Positions 52,892 to 63,521 are shown, counted from the stretch's first letter. The stretch: 64,000 nucleotides of DNA from an uncultured Gemmatimonadaceae bacterium (GCA_963829055.1 CAWHHI010000005.1:96001-160000); one strand, 5' to 3'. The notes: a model not told the origin generated them from the letters alone. Translations and numbers: made by a program.

Positions 52892-54784
52892 CTACTGCAC
52901 AACCTTCGTCTGCACTACTGGCAGCGAAATGAACGACGCCTGCGTTGGCGAGCGGAAGATCTTGTGCGTCGTCACTCGGAAATCCGAGTTCTTCGCCTCG
53001 AAGATGTTCGGCACGAACGTCTGCGGATTGCGATCGATGAGCGGGAACCACGAGCTCTGCACCTGCACCATGATCCGGTGCCCCTTCTTGAAGCGGTAGC
53101 TCTGCGTGTGCAGGTCGATCGCGACCTCTTCGACCTTGTTAGGCGTGAGCCCTTCCGGCTTCTCGAAGCTCTTTCGGAACCGGCTGCGGAACACTTCGTT
53201 CGACACCATCAGCTGATAGCCAGCGAGCTTCGGATTCGGCTCGTACTTCTCCGGGTAGACGTCGATCAGCTTGACGATGAAGTCTGCGTCGGATCCGGTC
53301 GTCGAAGCGAACAGCTTCGCGAGCACGTCACCGGCGATCACCACGTCTTCGTCGAGCGGAGCAGTCTGCCACGCATTGACGTCCGGGCGGCCCTCGGCGA
53401 AGCGCTGGTCGTCGACGAGCCATTGCGACCACGTCGAGCCCGGCCCGAACGTCGACAGGATCGGCCTCGCGCGGTACGGAACCGGCTTCGACGGATCAGA
53501 CACGTACGCATCGAACGCACTGTCCGGCTTCGTCGCGGGCGGCGCGTCGAACGCGAGCTTGCCGCCCGAATGGAAGTACAGCTTGCGTGCGGTCACCTCA
53601 CGCTTCGGCGGCCAGCTATCGTAGGACCGCCACTCATTCGCACCGGACTCGAACGTCGTCGCTTCCGCGAGATCGAGCTTGCCTTTGTCCTTGAGCCAGT
53701 AGGCGAACCACGGCCGCTCGATGTTCTTTCTGTAGTATTGCGCGGTGTTGCTGCCGAATTCGATCGGGCCAAGCTTGTCGCCGGTGCGGCCGCGCCAGCC
53801 CCCGTGATTCCACGGCCCGACGACGAGATAGTTCAGGTGCTTCGTGTCGTGCGGCTCGAGCGCTCGGTAGATCGTGACCGGGCCGTAGAAATCTTCCTGG
53901 TCCCACCAGCCGGCGACGTTGAGCGTCGGGACGGTCACGCGGTCGAGGTATTTGACGACCGCTTCGCGCTGCCAGAACTCGTCGAAGTTCGGGTGCGCGA
54001 CGTAGTTCTTCCACGTCGGGAACTTGCCCTGCGGCAAGCTATCGGTGATCGTCTTGAGGGAACCTAACGACAGATACCAGCTGTAGAGATCGTACTGGGG
54101 AAAGTCGAACAGCGTCATCTCCTTGCCGCCTTCCATCAACGCGACGTACTCGAACCCGTAGTTCAGGCGGAACGCGCCGTTGTGGTGGAAGTCGTCGCCG
54201 AGGAACATCGATGCGGGCGAGGCTTGCGGCGAGACGGCCTTGAGCGCGGGATGCGGGTCGAGCATCGCCATCACGGTGAGCCAGCCCGGGTACGAGACCC
54301 CGAGCATCCCGACGCGGCCGTTGTTGCCCGGCGCGTTCGCGAGCACCCACTCGATGGTGTCGTACGTGTCGCTGCTCTCGTCGATCGCCTTCGTGTCGCG
54401 CTTGTCGCGCGGCGGGCGCAACATCACGAACTGCCCTTCTGAGCCGAAGCGGCCGCGGATGTCCTGGAAGACGAAGATGAAACCCTCTTCCGCGAGCTCG
54501 GCGTACGACGTCGCGAACACACCTCCCGCTCCGGCGATGCCGTATGGGGTGCGCGTGAGGATGACGGGCAGGTTCGTCGTCCTGGCCTTTGGGGTGTAGA
54601 TGAGCGTGTGCAGCTTCACCCCGTCGCGCATGGGGACCATCACTTCGCGCTTCTCGAACGCGGTGGCGGGATCGGCAGGCGGCGCTGGCGTCTGCGCGCG
54701 AGCGATCGTCGCCGAAGCGACGACGGATGATGCGAGGGCGCCGGTGACGAGAACGGCGACGCGCGAAAGCCGGAGAGTCATCAT
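52892..54784 (-). CDS. CocE/NonD family hydrolase (alpha-amino acid ester hydrolase/glutaryl-7-ACA acylase-like), secreted
   Basis: MRDGVKL, RTPYG, QDIRGRFGSEG, GVSYPG, GWWDQED, GPWNHGGW and VQSSWFPLIDRNPQ. Confidence 0.92.
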   Translation of the reverse strand: MMTLRLSRVAVLVTGALASSVVASATIARAQTPAPPADPATAFEKREVMVPMRDGVKLHTLIYTPKARTTNLPVILTRTPYGIAGAGGVFATSYAELAEEGFIFVFQDIRGRFGSEGQFVMLRPPRDKRDTKAIDESSDTYDTIEWVLANAPGNNGRVGMLGVSYPGWLTVMAMLDPHPALKAVSPQASPASMFLGDDFHHNGAFRLNYGFEYVALMEGGKEMTLFDFPQYDLYSWYLSLGSLKTITDSLPQGKFPTWKNYVAHPNFDEFWQREAVVKYLDRVTVPTLNVAGWWDQEDFYGPVTIYRALEPHDTKHLNYLVVGPWNHGGWRGRTGDKLGPIEFGSNTAQYYRKNIERPWFAYWLKDKGKLDLAEATTFESGANEWRSYDSWPPKREVTARKLYFHSGGKLAFDAPPATKPDSAFDAYVSDPSKPVPYRARPILSTFGPGSTWSQWLVDDQRFAEGRPDVNAWQTAPLDEDVVIAGDVLAKLFASTTGSDADFIVKLIDVYPEKYEPNPKLAGYQLMVSNEVFRSRFRKSFEKPEGLTPNKVEEVAIDLHTQSYRFKKGHRIMVQVQSSWFPLIDRNPQTFVPNIFEAKNSDFRVTTHKIFRSPTQASFISLPVVQTKVVQ

Positions 54785-54797
54785 CGCAACGGTGGGC

Positions 54798-54824
54798 TTT
54801 GGTCGACAGTTTTGGTATACCACA
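54798..54824. promoter_or_regulatory. Tandem GntR/FadR-type operator candidate
   Basis: TTTGGTCGACAGTTTTGGTATACCACA contains the perfect palindrome TGGTATACCA; 22/27 identical to 56335-56361. Confidence 0.65.
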
Positions 54825-54932
54825 ACAGCCAAGCTAGGGCTCGGTCGCATGATCGGGAAGAGGGGCTGCTCGCTTTGCATTGTGCGCCCGGGGCTGGTCT
54901 GGATCGTCGCGGCGCTAGGCGCGGGCACTCGG

Positions 54933-55354
54933 CTCCGGTGGCCACGCGCTTACACGCCTCGAGCCGACGGGTACCGAACTCCATGCTGTGAGAGTGGCTC
55001 GGCCCCGCCGTCTCGGGGCTACGCGCGAGGCCCCCTACGCCGAGCGCCCGCGCCCCCCGGTCATGGCACGCTCCGGGGCCGGCCGCTCGTCACCGCCGCA
55101 CGCATCGCGACCGCGCCCAGCGCGCAGCAAGTCCGCGTCCCCTCTGCGGGCGGCACGGTCAGCGTTAGGGCGCGCACTTGCTGGGTGCTGCGCGCTGCTT
55201 ACCCTGACGGTCGGGATGCGTACCAGGAGGCGGGGGTGTCGCGTCGTAGGCGTCGTTGGCGCGTAGCCCCGAGACAAGGGGGCCGAGCCACTCCTCACTC
55301 AGCGGAGCCCGGTACCCCTTGGCTCGAGGCGTGTAAGCGCCTACGGCGCCGGAG
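54933..55354. repeat. Long imperfect inverted repeat (MITE-like)
   Basis: Perfect paired blocks GCGCTTACACGCCTCGAGCC, GAGTGGCTCGGCCCC and GTCTCGGGGCTACGCGC. Confidence 0.85.
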
Positions 55355-55425
55355 ACGCGACGCCCCCGCCGACAAGACAGTGATCTCGAACGTCAAACAG
55401 CAGCGAGCAGCAGCCAGCAGCCAGC

Positions 55426-56253
55426 CTAACGAGACCGGGGAGAACGCGCGCGTGGCGCGGGCACGGACGACGCCGGGTCCCACGCATGCCAGCTCCCGCG
55501 TTCGCCAAGTTGCCCGATGACCCGGGACAACCGCGCGGCGGCGTTGCGCCAGTTCGTCTCCACCGACCGCTGCGCCAGATGGGCATCGCCGGCCGCGATC
55601 GCGCGGACGATCCGCTCGTGCTCCTTCACCGACGTCGGCAGCTCATCCACCAGCGCGCTAATGTACAAACGCGTGTAGCGCTCGATCTGCGGCTTGATCG
55701 ACCGGTGCAGGGCGAGTAGCCGAGGGCCGACGACGTCCTCCACGTAGGCCCGGTGGAACGCCTGATCGAGATCGAAGATCCGCCCGAACTCCCGCCGCTT
55801 CGACTCCGCCGCGAGCTCGCGGTTGATCTCGCGCAGCCGCGTGACGATCCGCTTGCGCCGGTCGTCCGGGAGCGATGCCGCCGTATGGGCCGCGAGCCCC
55901 TCGAGATGTCCGACGATGAGGATGATCTCACGGCCGTCGTCCTGCGTGAGCGGCGCGACGATGAGGCGCTGGTCCTGCCCACGCCCGACGGACGAGACAA
56001 ATCCCTCCTGCTGGAGCCGATGCAGTGCGCTGCGCACCGGCGTTCGACTCAATCCCAACCGTTCTGCGACCGCGCGTTCGGCAATGCGAGCGCCAGGCGG
56101 GAGATGCCCCCAGACAATGAGGCCGCGCAGTTCCTGATAGACGCGCGAGACCGTGTCGGACCGCCCGTCGGCTTCGACCGAAGGCGCGCTCGCGGTGGGC
56201 GGCGGAGGCGGTGCGGGTCTGCGCGCGGTGCGGCGCGGGGCCGAAGTCGACAC
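55426..56253 (-). CDS. GntR family regulator with FCD domain
   Basis: LPPGARIAERAVAERLGLSRTPVRSALHRLQQEG, DQAFH and EHERIVRAI. Start uncertain. Confidence 0.92.
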   Translation of the reverse strand: MSTSAPRRTARRPAPPPPPTASAPSVEADGRSDTVSRVYQELRGLIVWGHLPPGARIAERAVAERLGLSRTPVRSALHRLQQEGFVSSVGRGQDQRLIVAPLTQDDGREIILIVGHLEGLAAHTAASLPDDRRKRIVTRLREINRELAAESKRREFGRIFDLDQAFHRAYVEDVVGPRLLALHRSIKPQIERYTRLYISALVDELPTSVKEHERIVRAIAAGDAHLAQRSVETNWRNAAARLSRVIGQLGERGSWHAWDPASSVPAPRARSPRSR

Positions 56254-56334
56254 GACGGCCAAGCTTAGTGCGTACCCCCGAGGTCCGCAACCACGCAGCC
56301 CCTCGGTGACTGTTACACGGCACGGAGCGACCGT

Positions 56335-56361
56335 TTTGGTCGACCATTGTGGTATGCCCCA
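56335..56361. promoter_or_regulatory. Tandem GntR/FadR-type operator candidate between divergent gntR and GNAT genes
   Basis: TTTGGTCGACCATTGTGGTATGCCCCA contains the perfect palindrome TGGTCGACCA. Confidence 0.65.
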
Positions 56362-56415
56362 CCGCACCGTACGTTGTCGCTCGCGAGCCCGCTCTGCCCA
56401 CCCGTCTGCCTGGCC

Positions 56416-57357
56416 ATGCCGCTCGATCTCGACGACCGCTCTCGCGCCTCCGGATCCGACGGCACCGACGACGGTGCCGCTGCGGCCAGCCACTCCATCC
56501 CGAATGAGTCGACTCTGAATGAGTCGACTCTGAATGAGTCGTCTCTCACGTACCGCGCGTTCGCGTCGCTCGAGGACGCCGACGCGTGCGTCGCCCTGCA
56601 GGGCGAGATCTGGGGAACCGAGTTCGACCGCGTACCGGCGTCAGTCCTGCGCGTCGCGGCGAAGATCGGCGGACTGACCATCGGCGCGTTCGATGCGGCC
56701 GGCGCGCTCGTGGGCTTCGTGTTCAGCCTCACGGGCACGCGCGACGGCGAACCGATACAGTGGTCGCACATGCTCGGGGTCCGCGAGGACGTGCGCGGCC
56801 TGGGCGTCGGCCGCCATCTCAAGGAGATGCAACGCGCGGAAGCCGCCCGGCTCGGCGTTAGGCGCGTGCTGTGGACGTTCGACCCGCTCCAGGCGCGTAA
56901 CGCGCACCTGAACTTCAACCGCCTGGGCGTCGAGCTCATCGACTACGTCGAGAACATGTACGGCGTCACCGCGAGCCCGCTCCATCACGGCCTGGCAACC
57001 GACCGCCTCGTCGTGATGCTCTCCATCGGGCCAGCGACGGCCAGGCCGGCGGTGTCCAATGGGGCGGGCAGCACGAACGGGGGGTCGGGCACATTACCTG
57101 TGCTCACGCCCTTCCCTCGCGACGGTGACATCGTGATCGACCTCGAGAACACCCGCGCGCCCGCCGCGCTCATCGAGATTCCCAACGATCTGCAACACGT
57201 CATCGCCACCACTCCCGATGTCGCCGGCACGTGGCGCCTCGCCACACGCGCGAGCTTTCTCCAGGCCCTGCGGCGCGGATACGCCGTCACTGGGCTTCGT
57301 CGCGACGCGGCGACGAACCGCGCGTTCTACACGCTGGCCGGCCCGGCGACCGGCTGA
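56416..57357 (+). CDS. GNAT family acyltransferase (COG3375-like)
   Basis: LQ.EIWG, WSHMLGV...RGLGVG..LK..QR, WTFDPLQARNAHLNFNRLG, Y..NMYG and TDRL. Confidence 0.85.
   Translation: MPLDLDDRSRASGSDGTDDGAAAASHSIPNESTLNESTLNESSLTYRAFASLEDADACVALQGEIWGTEFDRVPASVLRVAAKIGGLTIGAFDAAGALVGFVFSLTGTRDGEPIQWSHMLGVREDVRGLGVGRHLKEMQRAEAARLGVRRVLWTFDPLQARNAHLNFNRLGVELIDYVENMYGVTASPLHHGLATDRLVVMLSIGPATARPAVSNGAGSTNGGSGTLPVLTPFPRDGDIVIDLENTRAPAALIEIPNDLQHVIATTPDVAGTWRLATRASFLQALRRGYAVTGLRRDAATNRAFYTLAGPATG
56502..56546 (+). repeat. 15-bp tandem repeat x3 (in frame, NESTL)
   Basis: GAATGAGTCGACTCT twice, then GAATGAGTCGTCTCT. Confidence 0.9.
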
Positions 57358-57379
57358 CGCCACCTCTCGCCTAACGCCC

Positions 57380-58759
57380 ATGTCAACGAGCGGATCGACC
57401 GAGCTTCGGCGCAGCCTCGGCTTCACCGACCTCCTGCTGATCACCATCGGAACCGTGATCGGTTCCGGGATTTACCTGGTGCCGAGTCTCGTGCTGCGCC
57501 AGACCGCTGGACGGACCGATCTCGCGTTCATGGTCTGGGCCGTCGCGGGATTCCTGTCGCTCCTCGGCGCGCTGACGTACGCGGAGCTCGGCGCGATGCG
57601 CCCGGAAGCGGGAGGCCTGTACGCGTACCTTCGCGACGCGTTCGGACCTCTCCCCGCGTTCCTCTATGGGTGGGCCAGCTTTCTCGTCATCGCCAGCGGG
57701 TCGATCGCGGCGCTCGCCGTCGCGTTCGCGAACTACCTGTCGCCGTTGCTGCCGTTCCACGTACCCGGACCGGTGATCTCGCTGCTCACGATCGCCGTCG
57801 TCGCGGTGATCAACGTGAGAGGGACGCGAGGCAGCGCCACGGTGCAGAACTGGACGACCGGCGCGAAGTTCGGTGTGCTGCTCCTGCTCAGCCTTCTGCT
57901 CATCGTCCGCGGGAACGGCGGTGCCGGCACCGCGGGGACCATCACGGAGGCACCTAACGCGTCCCTGGCGGCGGGGATCGGCGCGGCAATGATCGGCGTC
58001 CTGTGGGCGTACGAGGGATGGCAGTACGTGACGTTCTCCGCCGGCGAGGCGCGGGACCCGCAGCGCACCTTCCCGCGCGCCATCAGCATTGCGACGTTCC
58101 TCCTGATCGTGCTGTACCTCGTGGCGAACCTCGGGTACGTCCGGGCGCTCGGTCCCATCGGCGCGGCGAACAGCCAGCGCGTCGCGGCCGACGCCATCGG
58201 CACGGTCCTCGGTCCGGTCGCGGGCGTGATCGTCAGCGCGCTGATTCTCGTCTCGATCTTCAGCGCGCTCAACGGCCTCGTGCTCACCACGCCCCGCATG
58301 TACTACGCGATGGCGCGCGACCGCGTGTTTTTCGAGCGTCTGGCGTCCGTGCATCCCAGGTTCGGAACTCCGGCGTTCGCGATCATCACGCTGACGGCGT
58401 GGGCGGCGGCGCTCGCGGCGAGCGGCACGTTCAACCAGCTGTTGACCTACGCCGTGTTCACCGGCTGGATCTTCTACGCGGGCGGCGCGCTCGCCGTGAT
58501 CGCGCTCCGGCGTTCGGCGCCTAACGCGCCGCGTCCGTTTCGCGTGCCGGGGTACCCGATCACGCCGCTGCTGTTCGTGATCGCCGCCGTACTGCTCGTG
58601 ATCAACACGATCGTGACCCAGCCGGGGATCTCGGCCATCGGTCTCGGTTTCGTCGCGTGCGGCGCGCCGGCGTTCTTCGTCTGGCGCGCGCGAGCGCGGG
58701 CGCGGTCGTCGGGTATCGTGGCCGTTCCTGCGCCCGTTGACGGGAGCAGCGACGCGTGA
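57380..58759 (+). CDS. APC family amino acid permease
   Basis: GTVIGSGIY, YAELG..P.AGG.Y.YL, WAYEGW, PRMYYAMARD and RPFRVPGYP. Confidence 0.92.
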   Translation: MSTSGSTELRRSLGFTDLLLITIGTVIGSGIYLVPSLVLRQTAGRTDLAFMVWAVAGFLSLLGALTYAELGAMRPEAGGLYAYLRDAFGPLPAFLYGWASFLVIASGSIAALAVAFANYLSPLLPFHVPGPVISLLTIAVVAVINVRGTRGSATVQNWTTGAKFGVLLLLSLLLIVRGNGGAGTAGTITEAPNASLAAGIGAAMIGVLWAYEGWQYVTFSAGEARDPQRTFPRAISIATFLLIVLYLVANLGYVRALGPIGAANSQRVAADAIGTVLGPVAGVIVSALILVSIFSALNGLVLTTPRMYYAMARDRVFFERLASVHPRFGTPAFAIITLTAWAAALAASGTFNQLLTYAVFTGWIFYAGGALAVIALRRSAPNAPRPFRVPGYPITPLLFVIAAVLLVINTIVTQPGISAIGLGFVACGAPAFFVWRARARARSSGIVAVPAPVDGSSDA

Positions 58760-58859
58760 GGTCCACGCGCAATGGGCTGTGGCGCCCGGCTGTCACGATC
58801 GTGCTTTCACATGCGATCGTTGGCTCCCAGGGCGTCGTCGCAGAAACCCGAGCTCCGCA

Positions 58860-59066
58860 ACCAACATCCAGAGCTTTGATGTCTACACCGTCAAGGCGAT
58901 GAAGGAATGGAAGGTTGGTGCGGCCTGGCGAAACCGACTGCTCGGCAAGTCGATGGTGATCTTTTCGATCGACGGGGCGGCGAACGTCTCCTCGATGAAG
59001 GTCGACAACCTCGACAAGTTTTCCCGCGCGTCAGCGAAGTCCGACACGACGTCCGGCGTTCGCTGA
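58860..59066 (+). pseudogene. Internally deleted serine hydrolase (beta-lactamase family + DUF3471-like) remnant
   Basis: FDVYTVKAMKEWKV (N-terminal-type motif) joins directly to AWRNRLLGKSMVIFSIDG...MKVDNL..F.R (C-terminal-type); no SxxK core. Confidence 0.5.
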
Positions 59067-59176
59067 CGCCATCTCCGAAGCGGCCGCCGACGGTCGCTCA
59101 CGGAGCACGACACACGATCCCCTTAAGGCGAGGTGTCCCGATGTGGCAGGATTCAGGTCAGGCAGGCGCTCGATCG

Positions 59177-62100
59177 ATGAGCGCACTCGTTTTCCGACGC
59201 AGTTATCGAGCAGTTCTGCTGTCGTTGCTCGCGCTCGGGCCGTTTGCGGCCCCGCTCGTTGCCCAGGGGACGCGCACCGTTACCGGCGTCGTGTTGAGCG
59301 CAGCCTCGCTCACCCCGATTCAGGGGGCGGATGTGCGTGTGCAGGGCGCGGCAACGGGCGTGTTCACCGACGCGAGTGGTCGCTTCCGGATCCCTGACAT
59401 CGGAGCCGCTGAGGTGACGCTTGTCGTCAGGCGTATCCGGTTCCAGCCCGTCACGCAGACGGTGAGCGCTGGAACGAACGACCTGCGCGTGCTGATGACG
59501 GAAGCCACCATCCAGCTGGACGAGGTGGTGATCACGGGCACGACGGTCGGCACGCAACAGCGGTCCATCGGCAACGCCGTGTCGTCCATCAGCGCAGCAC
59601 AGGAAGTGGAGCGGTCAGGCGTCGGCGATGTGGGGAACCTGATCAACGCGCGCGCCGCTGGTGTGATTGTCACATCCGGCAGCGGGCGAGCGGGCTCGGG
59701 CACCGGCATCGCGATTCGCGGCCGGTCGACGATCTCGCTCAACCAGCAGCCGTTGCTCTACATCGACGGTGTTCGCGTCGCGAACGACGTCGTCGACCGG
59801 AACGCGCGGCCAGGGCGGCGCCGGCATCGCGCGCATGAACGACATCGCCCCCGAAGACATCGAGAGCATCGAGATCATCAAGGGGCCGGCCGCCGCGACG
59901 ATCTACGGCACCGAGGCGTCGAACGGCGTGATCCAGGTGATCACGAAGCGCGGGCGCGCGAGCGACAAGGCGCGCTGGGGTCTCGGCTTCCGCCAGGGCA
60001 CCAGCTGGTTCCAGGACCCCGAAGGCCGACTTCCCACGAACTACGGAAAGACCTCCGCCGGGCAGGTCCTGACGTGGAACGCCATGGAGATGGAAAAGGC
60101 GCGCGGCTTCGACATTCTGGAGGAACGGCCGCATGCAGAGCTACACCGGCTCCGTGAGCGGCGGCACCAACCTCGCGCAGTACTACGTGTCGTCCACGTA
60201 CGACACCGACAAGGGCATCGAGCCTAACAACTACCTCGATCGCTTCAGCGGCAACGCGAACCTGAACATGACGCCGAGCTCGAAGATCGACGTCAACGCA
60301 CGTGTCGGGTACGTCACCGGCACGACACACCTGGGTTCCGACTACGGCCTCGGCGCGATGTCGGGGACGATGTACGGATCGCCGATTCTGGCCGCAGGCG
60401 GTTCCCCTGACGCGCGGTTACGGGTTCAACACTCCACCCGAGGTCGTGTGGGGCGTCGTGGACAACACGCAGGAGCTGAACCGCTTCACGGGAAGCCTCA
60501 CGTTCAACCATCGCCCGCTCGACTGGTTCACGCAGCGTTTCATCGCGGGGCTCGATCAGACGTCCGAGGACAACCAGAACCTCAACAACTTCGTGCCGGT
60601 GGAGTGGCGCCCCCTGTTCACCGCCTCGGCGGCGAAGGGCTCCCTGCTGCAGGATCGACGCGACATCACGTTCGCGAGCGCGGACTACGGCGGGACGGCG
60701 AAGTTCAACATCACGCCCAGGCCTTCGTCTCGAGCACGTCGTTCGGCGGTCAGTACTACCGCAAGAAGACGCGGCTCGGTCAGGTGAGCGGTCGTGAGTT
60801 CCCGGCGCCAGGCCTCAAGACGGCAGCCGCCGCGGCGATCAGGGACGGCCAGCAGGACTTCTACGTCAACACGACGATCGGTCTCTACGCGCAGGAGCAG
60901 CTCGGATGGAACGACCGGTTGTTCCTGACCGGTGCGGTGCGCGTGGACAACAATAGCGCGTTCGGCGACAACTTCGATCTCGCCACGTATCCCAAGGTCG
61001 CCGGGACGTGGGTGATCAGCGAGGAGCCGTTCTGGAAGCTCGGCTTCATCAACACGCTCAAGCTGCGCAGCGCATTCGGCGTGTCGGGTCTCCAGCCGGA
61101 CGTGTTCACGGCGCTGCGCACGTTCCAGCCGGTTACGGGAACGGCTGACCAGGCTGCCGTCACGCCGCAGCTCATCGGCAATCCCGGATCTCAAGCCCGA
61201 GCGCGGCACGGAGTTCGAGGTCGGCTTCGACGCCATCATGTTCAACCGCCTGAGCCTCGAGTTCACGTACTTCGACAAGACGACGAAGGACGCGATCCTC
61301 CTGCGACCGGTGGCGCCGTCGTTAGGCTTCCCCGGCAGCCAGTACGTCAACATCGGGGAGGTGAAAAACCACGGCCTCGAGGCTCGCGCGACGCTTCAGG
61401 CGCTCACGCGCGACAACTTCGGCTGGGAGGTCACGGGGAACGTCGGCACGACCAAGGACGAGATCACGAACCTTGGCGGCATTCCGTTCATCGCGACCGG
61501 TGGCCCGGGGCAGCGACACGTGCAGGGATACCCGATCGGCGGGTTCTGGGCGAAGCGCGTCACCAGCGCGACGCTCGACGCCAATGGCCGCGCCCAGAAC
61601 ATTCAGTGCGACGGCGGGCCCGGTGCCCAACCCATGCCGTGCGCGTCGGCGCCGTTCGTGTTCCTGGGGACGATCACGCCGAAGATGACCGGCGCGGTGG
61701 CGAACACCTTCACGTTCTGGAAGCAGCTCAGCCTGTACGCGCTCGTCGACTTCAAGAACGGGAACAAGATCCTCAACGCCGACGATTTCAACCGCTGTGC
61801 AGCGCTGAGCGTGTGTGAAGTGAACGTGAATCCCACGAAATTCGACCCGACGTGGGTCGCCAACGCGCAGAACGGCTCGTCGCTGGTCATCGCCGATCAG
61901 TTCTACCAGAACGCGTCGTTCGCGATGCTCCGCGAGGTCTCGGCGACCTACAGCGTGCCGGACAAGTTCGCGCATTACGCACGGGCGTCGCGGGCCTCGT
62001 TCACGCTGGCTGGTCGCAACCTCCACCGGTGGACGGACTACACGGGCCTCGACCCGGAGAGCCGTTCTCTCAACACCACGTCCACGATCGGGAATACGAA

Positions 62101-62185
62101 CACGAACCCGTTCCAGACCACCTTCTCGCAAGCCGTCACGCCGTCGCTCGCGCAGTTCATCGCGACCCTCAACCTGACGTTCTGA
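59177..62185 (+). CDS. SusC/RagA-like TonB-dependent receptor (frameshifts)
   Basis: LDEVVITG, IRG.STI...QPLLYIDGV, DIAPEDIESIEIIKGPAAATIYGTEASNGVIQVITKRG and WTDYTGLDPE; C-terminal F. Confidence 0.92.
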
Positions 62186-62187
62186 CC

Positions 62188-63521
62188 ATGCGGATTACAC
62201 AGAAGCGGGGCACGACCCCAGTGGCCAGCCGTTCGCGCGGGTGGCGATTACACACACGCTGCGTATCTTGCGTTGTTCGCCGGTACGCTCGCCGCCTGCG
62301 ATCAGATCACGAGCCTCGACCAGGAGGCTCCGAGCCGAGTCATCGCGACCGATCTGTATCAGCCGGAGAACGCGCAGCTCCTCGTCACCAGCGCCATCAG
62401 TGACTTCGAGTGCGCGCTCACGCAGTACATCGTCGCCGCCGGGCTCGTCGGCGATGAGCTGATCGACGCACAGCTTTCGCAGGCGGGTTGGGACTACGAC
62501 CGCCGCACGATCGTGCCCTCGCTCGCGGCCTACTCGACGGCCGGGTGCGGGTCCGCTCAGGTCCCCGGCTACTACACGCCACTCGCGATCGCGCGCGCGA
62601 CGGCGGACAAGATCACCACGGCACTCGAGGGATGGACGGACGCAGCAGGTGCCGAATCGCCAGCTCTCTCATCGCCACGGCGGCAGCGCACGCGGGATAC
62701 GCCCTCGTACTGCTCGGCGAGTCCAGTTGCAGCGCGGCAATCGACGGCGGACCAGAGCTCACGCCGGTGCAGGTCCTCACCGAGGCGGAATCGCGGTTCA
62801 CCAAGGCGATCACCGCGGCGCAGGCGGCTAATAACACGGACATCCTGAACATGGCACGTGTCGGGCGAGCACGCGCACGGGTCGATCTCAAGAAGTTCGC
62901 CGACGCGAAGACCGACGCCTCGCTCGTGCCGGACAGCTACGTGCATAACGCGACCTACTCGGCGGCGAATCGCCCGCCGTGAGAACCTCATTCAACACGC
63001 AGTTCTTCCGCGGCCTGTTCTCCTCCGTCGATCCGTCGTTCCGCAACCTGACGGTGGGTGGCGTTCCGGATACGCGAGTACCGGTGGTCGACGCGGGTGT
63101 GAACGGCCAGGACGGGCAGACGCGCATCTGGCGCACCACGAAGTACCCGTTGATTTCCTCGCCCATTCCGATCGCGAGTGGCGACGAAGCAATCCTGCTG
63201 ACGGCGGAGGCGGATCTCGAGGCCGGCAACCTCACGGCAGTGGTCGCGGGCATCAACAAGCTCCGCACGAAGTCGTCGCTCCCGCAGTACGCCGGCGGCA
63301 CGGCCGCGGAGGTGCGCGCGCAGTTGATCGACGAACGGCGCCGCGAGCTGTTCCTCGAGGGGCAGCGCTTCAACGACATCATTCGGTTCAACATTCCGCA
63401 GTCGCCGGCAGCGGGGACGCCGTTCCCGGTCAAGGGCGGCGTCTACGGGAACCAGATCTGCTTCCCGCTCCCGGACGTCGAACGCAACAACAATCCGACG
63501 TTAGGCGGCAAAACCAGCTAG
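62188..63521 (+). CDS. SusD/RagB-like lipoprotein (frameshifts)
   Basis: Lipobox LAAC, E..LL.AEA, INKLR and ERRRELFLEGQRFNDIIR. Confidence 0.88.

Noticed and set aside
2042..63505. GTTAGGC/GCCTAAC as integron attC core sites (GTTRRRY/RYYYAAC)
   Set aside because: Copies lie mostly inside genes, are not paired into attC hairpins at gene ends, and no integron integrase is present.
17679..63521. Mass pseudogenisation or programmed frameshifting
   Set aside because: Breaks are scattered single-base indels in otherwise well-conserved genes and cluster by region, which fits long-read consensus error. Read polishing would settle it.
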